NCBI RefSeq assembly: GCF_018977255.1 | Contig: NW_024704742.1 | Coordinates: forward strand, 134,914,001 to 134,978,000 | Direction of reading: 5' to 3' | DNA length: 64,000 bases | DNA from: Callorhinchus milii | Taxonomy: Eukaryota | Shown here: positions 1-11,800 of the stretch, piece by piece | How the letters are laid out: each line of letters starts with the position of its first letter | Numbering within the stretch: position 1 is the first letter of the stretch | Translations under genes and position numbers: made by a program | Notes under the pieces: model-generated | Seen by the model: only the letters and a program-made list of their open reading frames with translations | Told to the model about the DNA's origin: nothing | Database searches by the model: none

Positions 1-257
1 TTCTCCGTGACCTTCTCAAGCATATAGGTTAATATTTATCTCTTGCTTAATTGTTTTGTCCTTTTGATTGACGCCATTGCTTATTTGCATTAATAGATCC
101 CAGTGTGGACTCATGGGCTATGGTGTCTCACACAGGACTGAGAATATGCTATTTTCCTGAGGGAAAAGTAGAGCAACACAACAGGACTGAACTGATTTTT
201 TCAATATGTTGTGCTCTTTGTCGACAGACAAGGATAAACATTGCTTCTTTGAGAAGC

Positions 258-600
258 AATAATAATATTCCTTGCGTTTGATATAGCGCCTTATCATGTT
301 GTTGTGGCGTCTCAAAGCGCTTCACAGAATATACTCTAAAGACGATTGACTGTGTAACTTGTGGGTGAAACGCGACAGCCAATTGCGCACAGCAGTGTCC
401 CAAAAAACAGCCGTGAGTTGAGTGACCAAATTATTATTTATTTATTGAAGGATTATTACCCCCGGAAAGCAATCCACCAATTGACTAACAACCGGGTTTC
501 TACTTACTGCTCAGTAAACAGAGGAGTGTGGAGTAAGGAAACTTGCCTAAGGTTTTGCCCTGCCTGGGAATCGAAACCGGGTTCTCTCACGTGCGAGGTG
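258..600 (-). mobile_element. tRNA-Ala-like SINE, head partly truncated
   Basis: Reverse complement carries the B-box region, GGCAAGTTTCCTTACTCCACA core and GGCGCTATATCAAA tail shared with many copies in the window. Confidence 0.85.
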
Positions 601-926
601 ACTGAATTAAACAACACATTATGCCGGCTCTTTGAAAAGAACTATCCAAATCTAAGTGGCTTCCTGCTATGTTGTAAATTTCTATGATATTATGGTTAAG
701 AAGCGATTTTCACAATTATGAAAACCTTTGAGAGGATAGATAGCGAAAGTTTATTCTTGCTGTTGGTAAATTGGTATAAAGGATTGTTCCGGAAAGATTG
801 AACAAGAAATTAAAAGGATCCTCTCTTGCAAAGAGTTATTAGTATTTGCAATGCTTTGCTACAAGTAGCTTTTAAGGCTGAGATCATATTTAAAAAATAT
901 TATGAGTGTCATCAGGTTAACAATGG

Positions 927-1213
927 ATAATCATAATCCTTGCATTTGATATAGCTCCTTATCAAGTCATTGAATTGTCTCAAAGCACTTCACAGAATTC
1001 GCCGGAGAGTGGTGTGACTGTGCATTTTGTGGGCGAAACGCTGTAACACAGCAATGTCTGACAAATAGTTATGCAATGAGTAATCAATGTAGCTGGGAAT
1101 TTGCTGCCTAGCACAACAGAAGAAACTCCCTTCTGCTTTCAAAAACAGTAGTGCCATGAGATCTTTAATGTCTACCTGGACAGGCAGATGGTACCTCGGT
1201 TTAACATCTCATG
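927..1213 (-). mobile_element. Deu-domain SINE fragment
   Basis: Reverse complement contains GAGATGTTAAACCGAGG...TAAAGATCTCATGGCACTA (Deu-domain-like) plus the ATCAAATGCAAGGATTA tail. Confidence 0.75.
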
Positions 1214-1391
1214 AGTAATAAACTAGAGTTCTCCCAACGGATCAGAGGTTACTGGATGAACAGCTGAGAGCTAAACACACGGGAAAGGTCTTACGTTAAA
1301 TCCCTGGCAATTTTCGAAGTCGAAGGCAACTCGAAAAGATGCCTTTTTTAAGCTTCTTAGGAACATACGATAAGGAGTAGACAATTCAGTC

Positions 1392-2062
1392 AACAACAAC
1401 AACAACAACAAGATTCCATTTATAAAGCGCCTTTCACGGCAGGAGGACGTCCCAAGGCGCTGCACAGTTGGGTCATGACCCGAGCAGGGAGGAAATGGTC
1501 AGGGTGAGGGGAGGGAAGGGAGGGAGCAAGGAGGGGGGAAATGGTCAGGGTGAGGGGAGGGAAGGGAGGGAGCAAGGAGGGGGGAAATGGTCAGGGTGAG
1601 GGGAGGGAAGGGAGGGAGCGAGGAGGGGGAAGAGAGTCGAGAGGGGAGCTGAAGGCACGGTCAAAGAGAAAGGTTTTGAGACCGGCCTTGAAGGAGGAAA
1701 GGGAGGAAGCGGCGAAGGCAGTGGGGGATGGAGTTCCAGAGCCTGGGGCTGAGAGGCTGAAGGCCCGACCACCGATGGTAGGGCGGTTGGGGCGGGGGAC
1801 GTGGAGCAGACCAGAGCCAGAGGAACGGAGGGTACGGGCAGGTAGGTAGGGGGATAGTAGGTTGGAGAGGTAGGAGGGAGCAAGGCCGTGAATGGCCTTG
1901 TAGGTGAGGATGAGGATCTTGAATTCGATCCTCTGGGGGATGGGGAGCCAGTGGAGGCGAGCGAGGGTGGGAGTGATGTGGTCGCGAAGCCTGGGGCGGG
2001 ACAGTACACGAGCTGCAGAGTTCTGAATGACCTGCAGCTTGTGGAGGGAGGTGGCGGGAAGG
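1392..2062 (-). mobile_element. Young 5'-truncated L2-clade LINE with (TTG)n tail and TSD TCAGTC
   Basis: Nearly identical to 37982-38660; covers the RT C-terminal region; TCAGTC at 1386-1391 and 2063-2068. Confidence 0.93.
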
Positions 2063-2439
2063 TCAGTCCCTCGAGCCTGTACCGTACCTGGCTGATTTGC
2101 ACCTCAAACTCCACTTACTTTGCCCCATATCTCTTGATACCCTTACTTATTCATATAAATGAGTTTGTTTATATGAATAAAATATAAAATATAATAAAAT
2201 ATAACATCTGTTTGTGGGACACTGCTGTATCATATTATAGTAAGATAGTTCAGTTTGGAGAAATATTGCACTAATTAAACTCTAAACAAATCACAAGCTA
2301 TCAATATTAATATTCACAATTCACAAAAGAAGTTATGGATGAAGAAGGGCCTTCATCCCATTTGATCTCATAGCAGAATCCCATGAACTTTCCCATCCTC
2401 TCCATTGAAAGCTTCTAACGAATCTGCTCCCAAGGAAAT

Positions 2440-2600
2440 GAAAACAAAACCTTTCCAAGGGAATTGGATAGGTACTTGAAAGGGAAAACATTGCAGGGCT
2501 ATGGAGTGAGAGTGAGAGAGAGAGAGTGGGACTAGTTGGATAGCTCTTTCAAAGAGCTGGTACAGATACGATGGGCCAAATGGCCTCCTTGTGTGCTGTT
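2440..2600 (+). mobile_element. CR1 LINE 3' end fragment
   Basis: GAATTGGATAGGTACTTG...GATGGGCCAAATGGCCTCCTT resembles the 3' end of the CR1 at 14132-14993. Confidence 0.7.
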
Positions 2601-4559
2601 TCTTAATGCTTCTCACTACTACATCAAGTCAATTATCAAATGGATTGTGTCCTGGCTTCCACTACAATTCTTGGTAACATGTTCCAGATGTTGATTAACC
2701 TTTCTGTATAAAGAAATACTTCCTGGCATCTGTCCTAAATCAGGACTTTATAGATCTGACCCTGTGCCATGTAGTCCTGCTCCCTTAATGTATCTGAAAA
2801 AATTGCTATGGTTATGGGTTTACTTTTTCCATCCATTTAGCATCTTCTGTATCTCCATGATGTTCTGCTTCCAAGGCAGAAGAACTCTAAGTGACCTAAT
2901 TATTCCTCATAGTCCATCCCTGTAACATTCGTGATCAGCCTTGTGCCTCTCAAGTCTTGGTGTCCTCTTTAATGAGAGGGGAAAAGGGGAAGATGGTGGG
3001 GGGGGAAATAATTTAAACTCCAAGGTCAAGATTTGTTTTTAGGGAAGATTTCTCATGAGCGTCTGGGGAGAGGGGGTAAGAAGCATGAGAAACGGAGCCC
3101 CAGTTAAATCAGCCGTGATCTACTGAGTTATGATACACTGTGACGCAAGCTCAGTCACTTCATGCTTTGCTATTGTTCTCGATTTCCGCTCAATGATTGA
3201 TTTTTAGATTCTTTTGTTTTGTAAATGTATGAATCTGGAGTGGGACACCCCACAGCGTGTTGAGCTTTGACAAGAAATGGACAACAAGAATCCGGGGTTA
3301 TTGAATTGCAAGACTAAACACAATTACATTGTGGAGGAGGAACTGAAAGAAAAAAACTTGCATTTGACATCAAAATGCACTTTACAGGTCTTGCTGTCAA
3401 CTGAGCGTCTGTTTTTTGCAGGCAGCGATTTCACACAGCAAGTTCCTGCACACAACCTCAAATAGACGTGAAGTGAATGACTAGTTATCTGGGGGTTGTT
3501 GGCCAGGGCTCCTGAAGCAATGCCCTTTGCTTTTCAAGTTGTGTCATAGAATTATTATTCTCCACTTTAAGAGCAGGCAGACAGGACCTTGGCTTAACTC
3601 TTCCTACTCCAAGAAAGCAATGCTTCCCCCCAAGTTGAGCACATAAAGTCCTGGTTAGGGTTTGAACCCTCAACCTTCTGACCTAGAGATGAGAATGCTA
3701 GCATCTGAGCCAAGTTAGCATTCAGGTAATCTTGATGGCCCATATTTAGGACTATTACGCAATGGAGTTCCAGAGCGTGGGGGAAGAGAAACTAAAGGCC
3801 CGAGCGCTGATGGTGCATTGACAGCTGAGCAAATGCAGGAAAAGTAACGTGGAAATTCTTTGCAGGAAGGAGGGCTTCTGCCTTTTACAAAGGTTACATA
3901 CCCACTGTGACCAAAGGATGCAATGTACTTTGAGGCCTTGAAGGTAAGAAAGAACTAAATGTTTGTGTTGTGGCTGCAGAGAAGGAGCTGCGTTAGCCAG
4001 TCTCTCTGTCTGACCTTTCTGGATGGATTGATCATAAACAACATTGCAGATCATTACAAAGCTTTGAGATCCCTGGGCCTCCAACTGCATTAAGGCTCTA
4101 GTGGCTCCTACCCTCAGACTTGTGCCGCCCATAGAGTGTCTCGACGTTTGAAGGAGATTGTAAGCTTGTTGGTACAAGGGCAGGCAATATCGAATCTGAA
4201 CCACTGCTGGTTTAATGACTAACTCATGATGTTAATTCAGCTGCCTCACTGTGCAGGGCTCAGTTACTCTTCCTCCCAGCCAATTTCCTCAGATGAGCTG
4301 GAAACACTTACTGTACTGCCTTCAGTAAAATATTTACGGAGAAAATGGAAGATGGAAGGAAACAGATACTCATCCACAAAATACACACAGTCAGACCACT
4401 TCACGGTGTGTCTTGTGAAACGCTTTGAGACGTCTTTCATAGGAGATCAATGTGATAATAAGCACGTCACATCTGTTTATGAAACATCACAAGTTTGTGT
4501 TACCTTGTGCGCTGTAAGATGGCCTGATGCCTTTACTTTTTATTCCTGAGACAGTGTTT

Positions 4560-5397
4560 GAGGGCTGAGACTGTCTGTTAGATATCTAGTCCTGGATGAG
4601 AGCCAACTTTCTACAGCTGAATGTCAGCAAGACCGAGGGGTTCCTGATTAGCTCCCGTCATCGCCTCCGCACCTCAGGCACTGGCAGCGTCTTGTTCAAC
4701 CCTCAACTGTCCTTTCTCCCCCATATCTGTGCTATGACCCGCTCTGCCTTCCCCTACCTCCACTACATTGCCCGACTCCACTGCTTCACCCCTCAGGCCA
4801 CCAAAACCCTCATGCACACATTTGTCACCTCAAGGCATGACTACAGAAACTACCTCTTTGTTAGTCTCCCCAACTCTTCCCTCCACAAGCTGCAGATCAT
4901 CCAGAACTCTGCAGCTCTTGTCCTCTCCTGCACCAGCTCTGTAAACCCATCACCCCCACCCTCGCCCGGCTTCATTGGCTCCCCATCCCTCAGGAGGATA
5001 TAATTCAAAATCCTCATCCTCACTTTCAAGGCCCTCCATGGCCCTGTCCCCTGCTGACCCCCTATCAACCTATCCACTCCCACCGTTCAGCAGGCTCCAG
5101 CCGACTCCATGTCTCCCGCCTGACCCACCCTACCATCAGCGACCAGGCTTTCAGCCTCTCTGCTCCAAGCCTTTGGAACTCCATCCCACAATCCCTTCGT
5201 CTTGCTCCCTCTCTTGCCTCCTTCAAGGCACGACTCAAGACCCTCCTTTTCAACCGTGCCTACAGTCACCCTCCTACCTCTCTGCCTTCCCTCATCCCAC
5301 ACCTGCCCCCCCCTCACCCCGCGCTCAGCTGTTCGGTGCCTTGGGACATCCTCCCTATGTGAAAGGTGCTTTACAAATGTCATTTTGTTGTTGTTGC
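4560..5397 (+). mobile_element. Degraded L2 LINE 3' fragment
   Basis: ORF remnant NFLQLNVSKTE...FVTSRHDY...LHKLQIIQNSAA is homologous to the 38141-39133 RT; frameshifts present; ends in a (TTG)n tail. Confidence 0.9.
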
Positions 5398-5976
5398 TTT
5401 ACGCAATTTGAGTTATCATCTTATCAAACTATCGAGAGGGCTCAAAGCGCTTCACAAGTTTTTACTATGATGTGTAGTAACTATGTACTTATTGGCGAAC
5501 GTTGCAAATTAAGGATATTGGAGGGGTATCGGGAAATGATGGGGAACTGGGATTAAAAGATCAGCCATGTGGCAATAAAATGGTCGATGGATTGAATGGC
5601 CTCCTCTCGTTCCTATGATCCTACCATCCTATTTGCTTCAGGACCTCAGGTTGTGTTGTCTTAAGAGCAAATGGTTATTCAAAGTGGCGAGCTCTCACCA
5701 CTGCCGGTCCTCTGAGGCCAATCTTGAAGCCTTCAGATGATAATTGCTACCTCTACCCATCTCTGAACTCCCATTAGCAGCGGCAGGAAAATGTAAAAGA
5801 AAAAAAAGGCATTAGTGCATCAGAAATTGCTGATTATAATAATTACCCACCATAAAGTTGTAACATGCGACATAAAGACAGAACAGGAGGAGCCCAGTCT
5901 GCTCCATCAGTTTATTGATATACTGTATATTTTTAATCCTAATTCCTCGGATTTTTCTCTATACGGCAAATAAAAT

Positions 5977-6279
5977 CTTTCGGATGAGACGTTAAATCGA
6001 GGTCCCATCTGCCTGTTCTGGTGGATGTGGAAGATCCCATGGCACTATTCGAAAAGAGAAGGGAGTTTTTCCGGGTGTCCTGGCCAACAATCCCAGCAAA
6101 TAAAGTTGGTCACTCACTCTATGGCTGTTTGACACCACTGTGCACAATTGGCGTTTCGCCCACAAAATATAATCAATTCGCTTTGCAGTATATTCTGTGA
6201 AGCACTTTCAGACGTTTCAAGTGAAGCACTTTGAGACGTGATAAGGTGTTATATCGAATGCAAGGATTATTATTATTAT
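5977..6279 (+). mobile_element. Deu-domain SINE (5'-truncated)
   Basis: CTTTCGGATGAGACGTTAAATCGAGGTCC...GATCCCATGGCACTATTCG...GTGTCCTGGCCAA then the shared tail ending (ATT)n. Confidence 0.85.
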
Positions 6280-6372
6280 ATTCTCTGAAGCGGAGTGATA
6301 TTTTTAGGGAGCCTGCTGTTGGATTCACTGTGTGTAGAGAACTGGTAATTGCCTTGAACTTGCCCTTCACTT

Positions 6373-6748
6373 GTGGAGTCCTGTAGCTTAGTGGTTAGAG
6401 CACTCGCCTCACAAGCGAGAGCATTTGAGTTTGATTCTCGGGCAGGGCAAAACATTAGGCAAGTTTCCTTACTCCACATGCCTCGGCTTATCTAGCAGTA
6501 AGTAGAAACCCGGTTGTTAGTTGATTGATCACTTTTCCACAGGTAATAAACCGTTCGAAAAAAAATAATAAGCCACTCAATCCATGACTGTTTGTAGGAC
6601 ACTGTTGTGCGCAATTGGCTACCCCATTTCACTCACAAAATATACAGTCGATTAATTCACATTATAGTATATTCTGTGAAGCGCTTTGAGATGTCTCGAA
6701 GATGTGATAAAACGCTATATCAAATGCAAGGATTATTATCATTATTAT
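6373..6748 (+). mobile_element. Full-length tRNA-Ala-like SINE
   Basis: Head GTGGAGTCCTGTAGCTTAGTGGTTAGAGCACTCGCC (A box), B-box-like GTTTGATTC, CORE-like CATTAGGCAAGTTTCCTTAC, tail CGCTATATCAAATGCAAGGATTATT. Confidence 0.9.
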
Positions 6749-8329
6749 ATCTGTGACCTTGTGCCCATGTGTCCTGATGCCTTGGTATATCTGAGAGCAA
6801 GTAACCATGCTCTTTAAGATGGAAAATGGTGCATTATTCAGTGACAAAAGGAAAAAGGCAAGTACATCAGTGTAGGTCATTGAATTTTTGATAATGAAAT
6901 GTGAGGATTATATGAGCTTGTATTACACTTACATGGAATCATAGAAAGATGAGCACTGTAGGAGGCCATTAAGCCCTTCACGCCTTTCCAATCTCTCCAT
7001 TTTACTGCTATTCTCCATAGGTTGCACCAATAGGAACATGTGAACAGGAGTAGGCCATTCAGCCCCTCGAGCCTGTTCCACCATTCCACTGATCAAGGCC
7101 AATCTGTACCTCAACTCCAAGTATCGTACGACCTGGAAATGGCCAGCTCACAAACTGTGCACAAACTTGGGCTTTCAACCAAATGTGCAATGAAGGCTGA
7201 ATAGCTTTCTAACGTAACATGGGCAGAGGTTCAGTCAAAGGAGCCACACAATCTATCCATCTGTAAAGGAATGTTCAGTCCCAGCTTAACCAGGCTCAAG
7301 CACTGGGGCTGACAACAGGGGCTGAGTGTAATCGATACACTCCACGGATGCTGATACACTCTCAGTTACAGCAACCTTTAAACATTAACTGTGAATGAAT
7401 GCGATGGGCCAATTATCTGGTTACCAGGCAGATTGCACTGAATGGAACCAAGCAAACAGGGGCTTGAGCCAAACTCTTTCCCGCGTCTATCTGTCGGATA
7501 GTAAACTTGCAGAGCATTCAAGGTGTGAGAACCTTATTTGTCAAGCTGCAGGTGAAGTAATTATTTACATTCCTGTCATTTTCCTTCTAATCTTGTCGAA
7601 GTCGTGTCCGAGCTCCCATCAGATTTCCATTGCTCAGACTGGTTCACAGGAGATCTTACCTTATATTCTATAAATAGAGACCCGCACCTTCTTCCATTGC
7701 CCTCTGCGTCCCCAATTACTGCTGTAAAGTAGCCCTATCACTGCACATTATATCTCATGGCTTTATTTCATCTACTGGAGGGAAGTTTCCATTCAGTATT
7801 AAAACTGTTGGAGAGTAAACTGCACTATAGATAACTAGGCACTTGCAGAAATGATTGCTTTTCTGATTAAAAGGAGAACAGGAAATAGACTGTAGGGCTA
7901 TACATTAGGTATAGGATTGAGAATGACAGTGCACTACAGGGACTCGAGAGATAACATCACTTATGCATCACCACGACTATTGGAGAAAAGCCAACATCCG
8001 AGTTCCATCATATATTTCACTCCCTCAGTGATATGTTCTATTAAACGCTAATGGATAAGACAAGGTCGGTTAAATTAAGAGATGCGTTCTTGTTTTTTAC
8101 GCTTCCCCCTCTCATCATGAGATCCCTCATATCTCACATCCTACTTCCAGTTTGAAAGGTTGGGCGTTTACCTCTAGTGGTAAAGAGCATGAGAGAAGCT
8201 TTAAGCATCTTTTGCTCTCACATTCATTATGAGGGTCATGCTATGCCCTTGTATTGACTTCCCCAATACAGAACATGTACTGTGGAGTGGGGTTTGCATT
8301 GTCAGAGGTACTATGAGAGTGCTTCACGG

Positions 8330-8650
8330 GATATGCTGCAAAGTATTGTGACTGTGTGTTTTGTGGGCAAATGCCAATACATGCTCAACAATACCCAAAC
8401 AGTTGTGAAGTGAGTGTCCGATTTTTATTTGGGGGATTGTTGCATGGGACACGGGAGAAACGCTACCTGAACAGGCAGATGAGACCTGGTTTGACATATC
8501 TTCTGAAGGATGGCACCTCTAACAATGCAGCACACCCCATAATTGCACTGGAATATCAGCCCAGACTAAATAAGTTTGAATCCCGACATGAGACTTGAAT
8601 CCACAACCTTGTGACTCGGGAGGTGAGAGTACTACCAACTGAACCAACAT
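8330..8650 (-). mobile_element. Degraded Deu-domain SINE with tRNA-like head
   Basis: CTGAACAGGCAGATGAGACCTGGTTTGACAT and a reverse-complement tRNA-like head near 8590-8645. Confidence 0.65.
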
Positions 8651-9696
8651 ATTCTTCAAAAACGTGTGTGCACTATTCTTGTGATTACCCTCAAATTCAA
8701 ATACCCTTAACATCTTGTATTCGATTGAGCTTTAAACACCTGATTGAAGTGAACTCTTAAAAGTGTCTTAAAAAAAGGCATCAGTTAAGCATCAGACTTG
8801 TGATGTTAAATCATAAAATGTCAAAGGTAGCAATTTCATCCAACAAGAAAGCAGTGGGGCCTAAGGATAACACGAGTCTAGGCAGCATGAAAGAGCTCAA
8901 CTGTGAGAAGCAAAGGGGGAAAAAATGCACTCAATTGTGATGCATAATCAGAACTCAGTGAAATAGGATTTTAACAGGGTGGAAGTAGAAAATGTGCACT
9001 TTGTCAGCAAAAGTGCGGAGCGAATACAAAATATTAAAACTGCCATCCATCCATCCGTATCTCACAACTGGCGTCCGATAGAGCATTGCCCAAACCCCCC
9101 TCTGGTTTCCATCACTTGAAGATGCGATACATTTTGTGCCGCTTAGGTTGGAATTACATGGGTGATTAGAGGAATTTCAATTGATTGGTCTCGTCTATCG
9201 ACTCCACTGAGAGTCCAGCTTCACAAGATACAATGACTTAAACCTCTGTTATCTCCGGACATGTTTGCACCCGTTCTGCTACAATTCAATTTTGAAAAAA
9301 AAACAGGGGCAACAACTGACTGCACACAAGTTAATCTGAGTCCCCCCCACTTCCCAAAGATCCCCGATCCAAGGCATACATTCACTATTGCTCCCTGAAC
9401 TATAAGATGAGGCTTTCCCCCCCTTCAACAGCAACAACAAATTGCATTTGTATAGCACCTTTCATGACAGGAGGACATACCAAAGCGCTCGACGTTCGAG
9501 AACTTGCAACCCCTGACTCCATTCCTCTGGTTTCAAGGCTTGCCTTCCCAGATGTTCTCTTTAAAGTGTCTTTGAACTTTAAGTGCAGTCAAAGATGGGA
9601 AGGAGATTAAGAGAGGGTCAAAAGGAGTCGGAAAATATGTGTGTAGGTAGGGACAGGAATGGGATTGGGAAACTGGGGCGGGAGGGGCTTGGACTG

Positions 9697-9925
9697 CAAC
9701 AACAACAAATTACACTTATACAGCGCCTTTCAGGTTAAAAAGACGTCCCAAGACAGTTAAGGGTTTGCAACTGAGATGGGGGGGGGTTGTAAGGCTTGGG
9801 GTGTGGCCAAAGGCACGGTCAAAGAGGAAGGTCTTGAGACAGGCCTTGAAGGAGGGGGTGGGGGGAGGGGGTGGGGGTGGCAACAATAAATTACATTTGT
9901 ATGGTGCATTTCATGTTGGGAGGAC
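9697..9925 (-). mobile_element. Two adjacent L2 3'-end fragments
   Basis: (CAA)n followed by GCGCCTTTCA...GACGTCCCAAG and AAGGCACGGTCAAAGAGGAAGGTCTTGAG. Confidence 0.75.
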
Positions 9926-10393
9926 CAATGGTAACCAACAGCAAAACAAGGCCATGGAGGGCTTTGAAAAATATATAATCCTTCAAGTTTCAGTAAGGAA
10001 GTGACCATAGATGAAAATAATTATTATAAATATATATATAGATCCAGTAGATCTAGGTTCTGATCACCTGTCAAATTTTCCAATGGTGCAACCTTTCCTC
10101 AAAGCTCAGCTAATACGCACTGTAGCTATTCCCATAAAACTCACTGGGCCATTCCACTTATAAACTGCCGTACATCATTTACTGGGATGCTCTGAGCTAT
10201 TGACACATGCCATAGCAGGGTAGATGATTGTGTTAAGAGCTGTCTGAACAGGAATGCCAAGACCTACTGAATTGTCCAGCGCTATTAAAAGTCATATATA
10301 ACCGCTCTATTACTGTACAGCTCTTCACAAGGGTCAATGGAAAAAGATCTTTGCATAGACCTGCTACGAGGCCTGAAATTACTGATTCATCAA

Positions 10394-10960
10394 TTACAAC
10401 AACAACAAAATTACATTTGTATAGTGCCTTTCATGTTGGGTGACGTCCCAAGGCGCTGGACAGTCAATGTTTCGGACCTGAGCTGGGGGTTGTGATTGGG
10501 GAGGGGGGAGGTCAGGGGGGGAAGCAGGGTGATCAAAAGGATGGTCGACAAGGAGGGTCTTGAGATGGGTCTTGAAGGAGGCAAGGGAGGGACCTCGGGC
10601 TGGAGTTACAGAGGGTGAGGGCAGAGCGGCAGAAGGGCTGTGAGGCGGGGGACGTGAAGCAGGCTGGAGCCCGCTGAGCGCAGGGAGTGGGCAGGATGGT
10701 AGGGGGTTAGGAGGTTGCAATGGTAGGGGGGTTGGAGGGCCATGGAGGGCTTTGAAGGTGAGGACCAGAATCTTGAACTGTATCCCCTGTGATGAGAAGC
10801 CAGTGGAGTCGGGCAAGATGGGGGTGATAGGGTCACGGAGGCTGGTGCGGGAGATGACACAGGCTGCAGAGTTCTGGATGGTCTGCAATCTATGGAGGGA
10901 GCAGCTGGGGAGACCAACAAGCAGAGAATTTACATAGTCAAGCCTGGCTGTTATGAATGC
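10394..10960 (-). mobile_element. Degraded L2 LINE 3' fragment
   Basis: ORF remnant IQNSAACVISRT...IQFKILVLTFKALHG...SFKTHLKTLL; (TTG)n tail. Confidence 0.9.
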
Positions 10961-11107
10961 GTATTTCGGCCTTACTTAGTCAACATTCCTCCCTATCATT
11001 AATTTTTCTCTCTCGTCTTGGTCAAGATAGCCAAGCAGCTGACTGACTCAATGGATCTGCAATGCCAGACCCTGAGATAGCTACTTGGGACTTGGAAAGG
11101 AGTAATC

Positions 11108-11800
11108 AGCTTGGCTCAATTGGTAGCACTTTCACGTTTCGGTCGTAACGTTGTGGGTTTAAGTCACACACTGGGGATTTGAGCTCATCTCCAGGGTTAA
11201 CCCCCCACCACTGTAATAATAATAATAATAATAATAATAATCCTTGCATTTGATATAGCGCTTTTCACGTCGGGAGGACGTCCCAAAGCGCTTCACAGAA
11301 TAGACTGTAAAGTGAATTGACTGTATATTTGTGGGCGAACGCGGCAGCCAATTGCGCACAGCAATGTCCCACAAACAGTCGTAGATTGAAAATGACCAAT
11401 TTATTATTGTTTTTGTTTTGGAGGGATTATTATTAGGCGTGTGGAGTAAGGAAACTTGCCCAAGGTTTCGCCCTGCCTGGAATTGAACTCAGGTCTCTCA
11501 CTTGCAAAGCGAGTGCTCTAACCACTGAGCTACAGGACTCCATACATACTGAGAAAGCATTGCATTGTTGGAGTTGCCATGCTTTGGATGGAATGTTAAA
11601 CCGAGGTCCCGTCTGCCTGTTTAGGTGGACTTTAACAATCTCATGACACTATTGGAAAAGATAAGGGAGTTTTTTCCAGGCTACTACTGGTCAACAATCC
11701 CCCACATAAAATTGGTCATTCGCTTCATTGCTGTTTGTGGGACTTTGCTGTGGGCAAAATTAGCTGCCATGTTCACCTGCAAAAACACAGTCCCTATTCT
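11108..11800 (+). mobile_element. Deu-domain SINE interrupted by a younger SINE
   Basis: tRNA-like head TGGCTCAATTGGTAGCACT at about 11112; Deu domain GTTAAACCGAGGTCCCGTCTGCCTG resumes after 11543. Confidence 0.8.
11214..11542 (-). mobile_element. tRNA-Ala-like SINE, internally deleted variant, nested in a Deu-domain SINE
   Basis: Complete head (revcomp TGGAGTCCTGTAGCTCAGTGGTTAGAGCACTCGC), lacks the central segment, long (ATT)n tail. Confidence 0.9.

Noticed and set aside
1487..1626. CRISPR-like or other repeat-spacer array
   Set aside because: The units are contiguous tandem repeats with no unique spacers, inside a LINE 3' end in eukaryotic DNA; no cas genes.
1541..2187. ORFs 1541-1849, 1545-2114 and 1888-2187 as genes
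   Set aside because: Alternative or antisense frames of the L2 element; the same holds for 38095-38934 and 38486-38695.
6373..6450. tRNA genes at SINE heads
   Set aside because: A and B boxes are present, but there is no acceptor-stem pairing or Pol III terminator and each runs into SINE body sequence, so these are tRNA-derived SINE heads.
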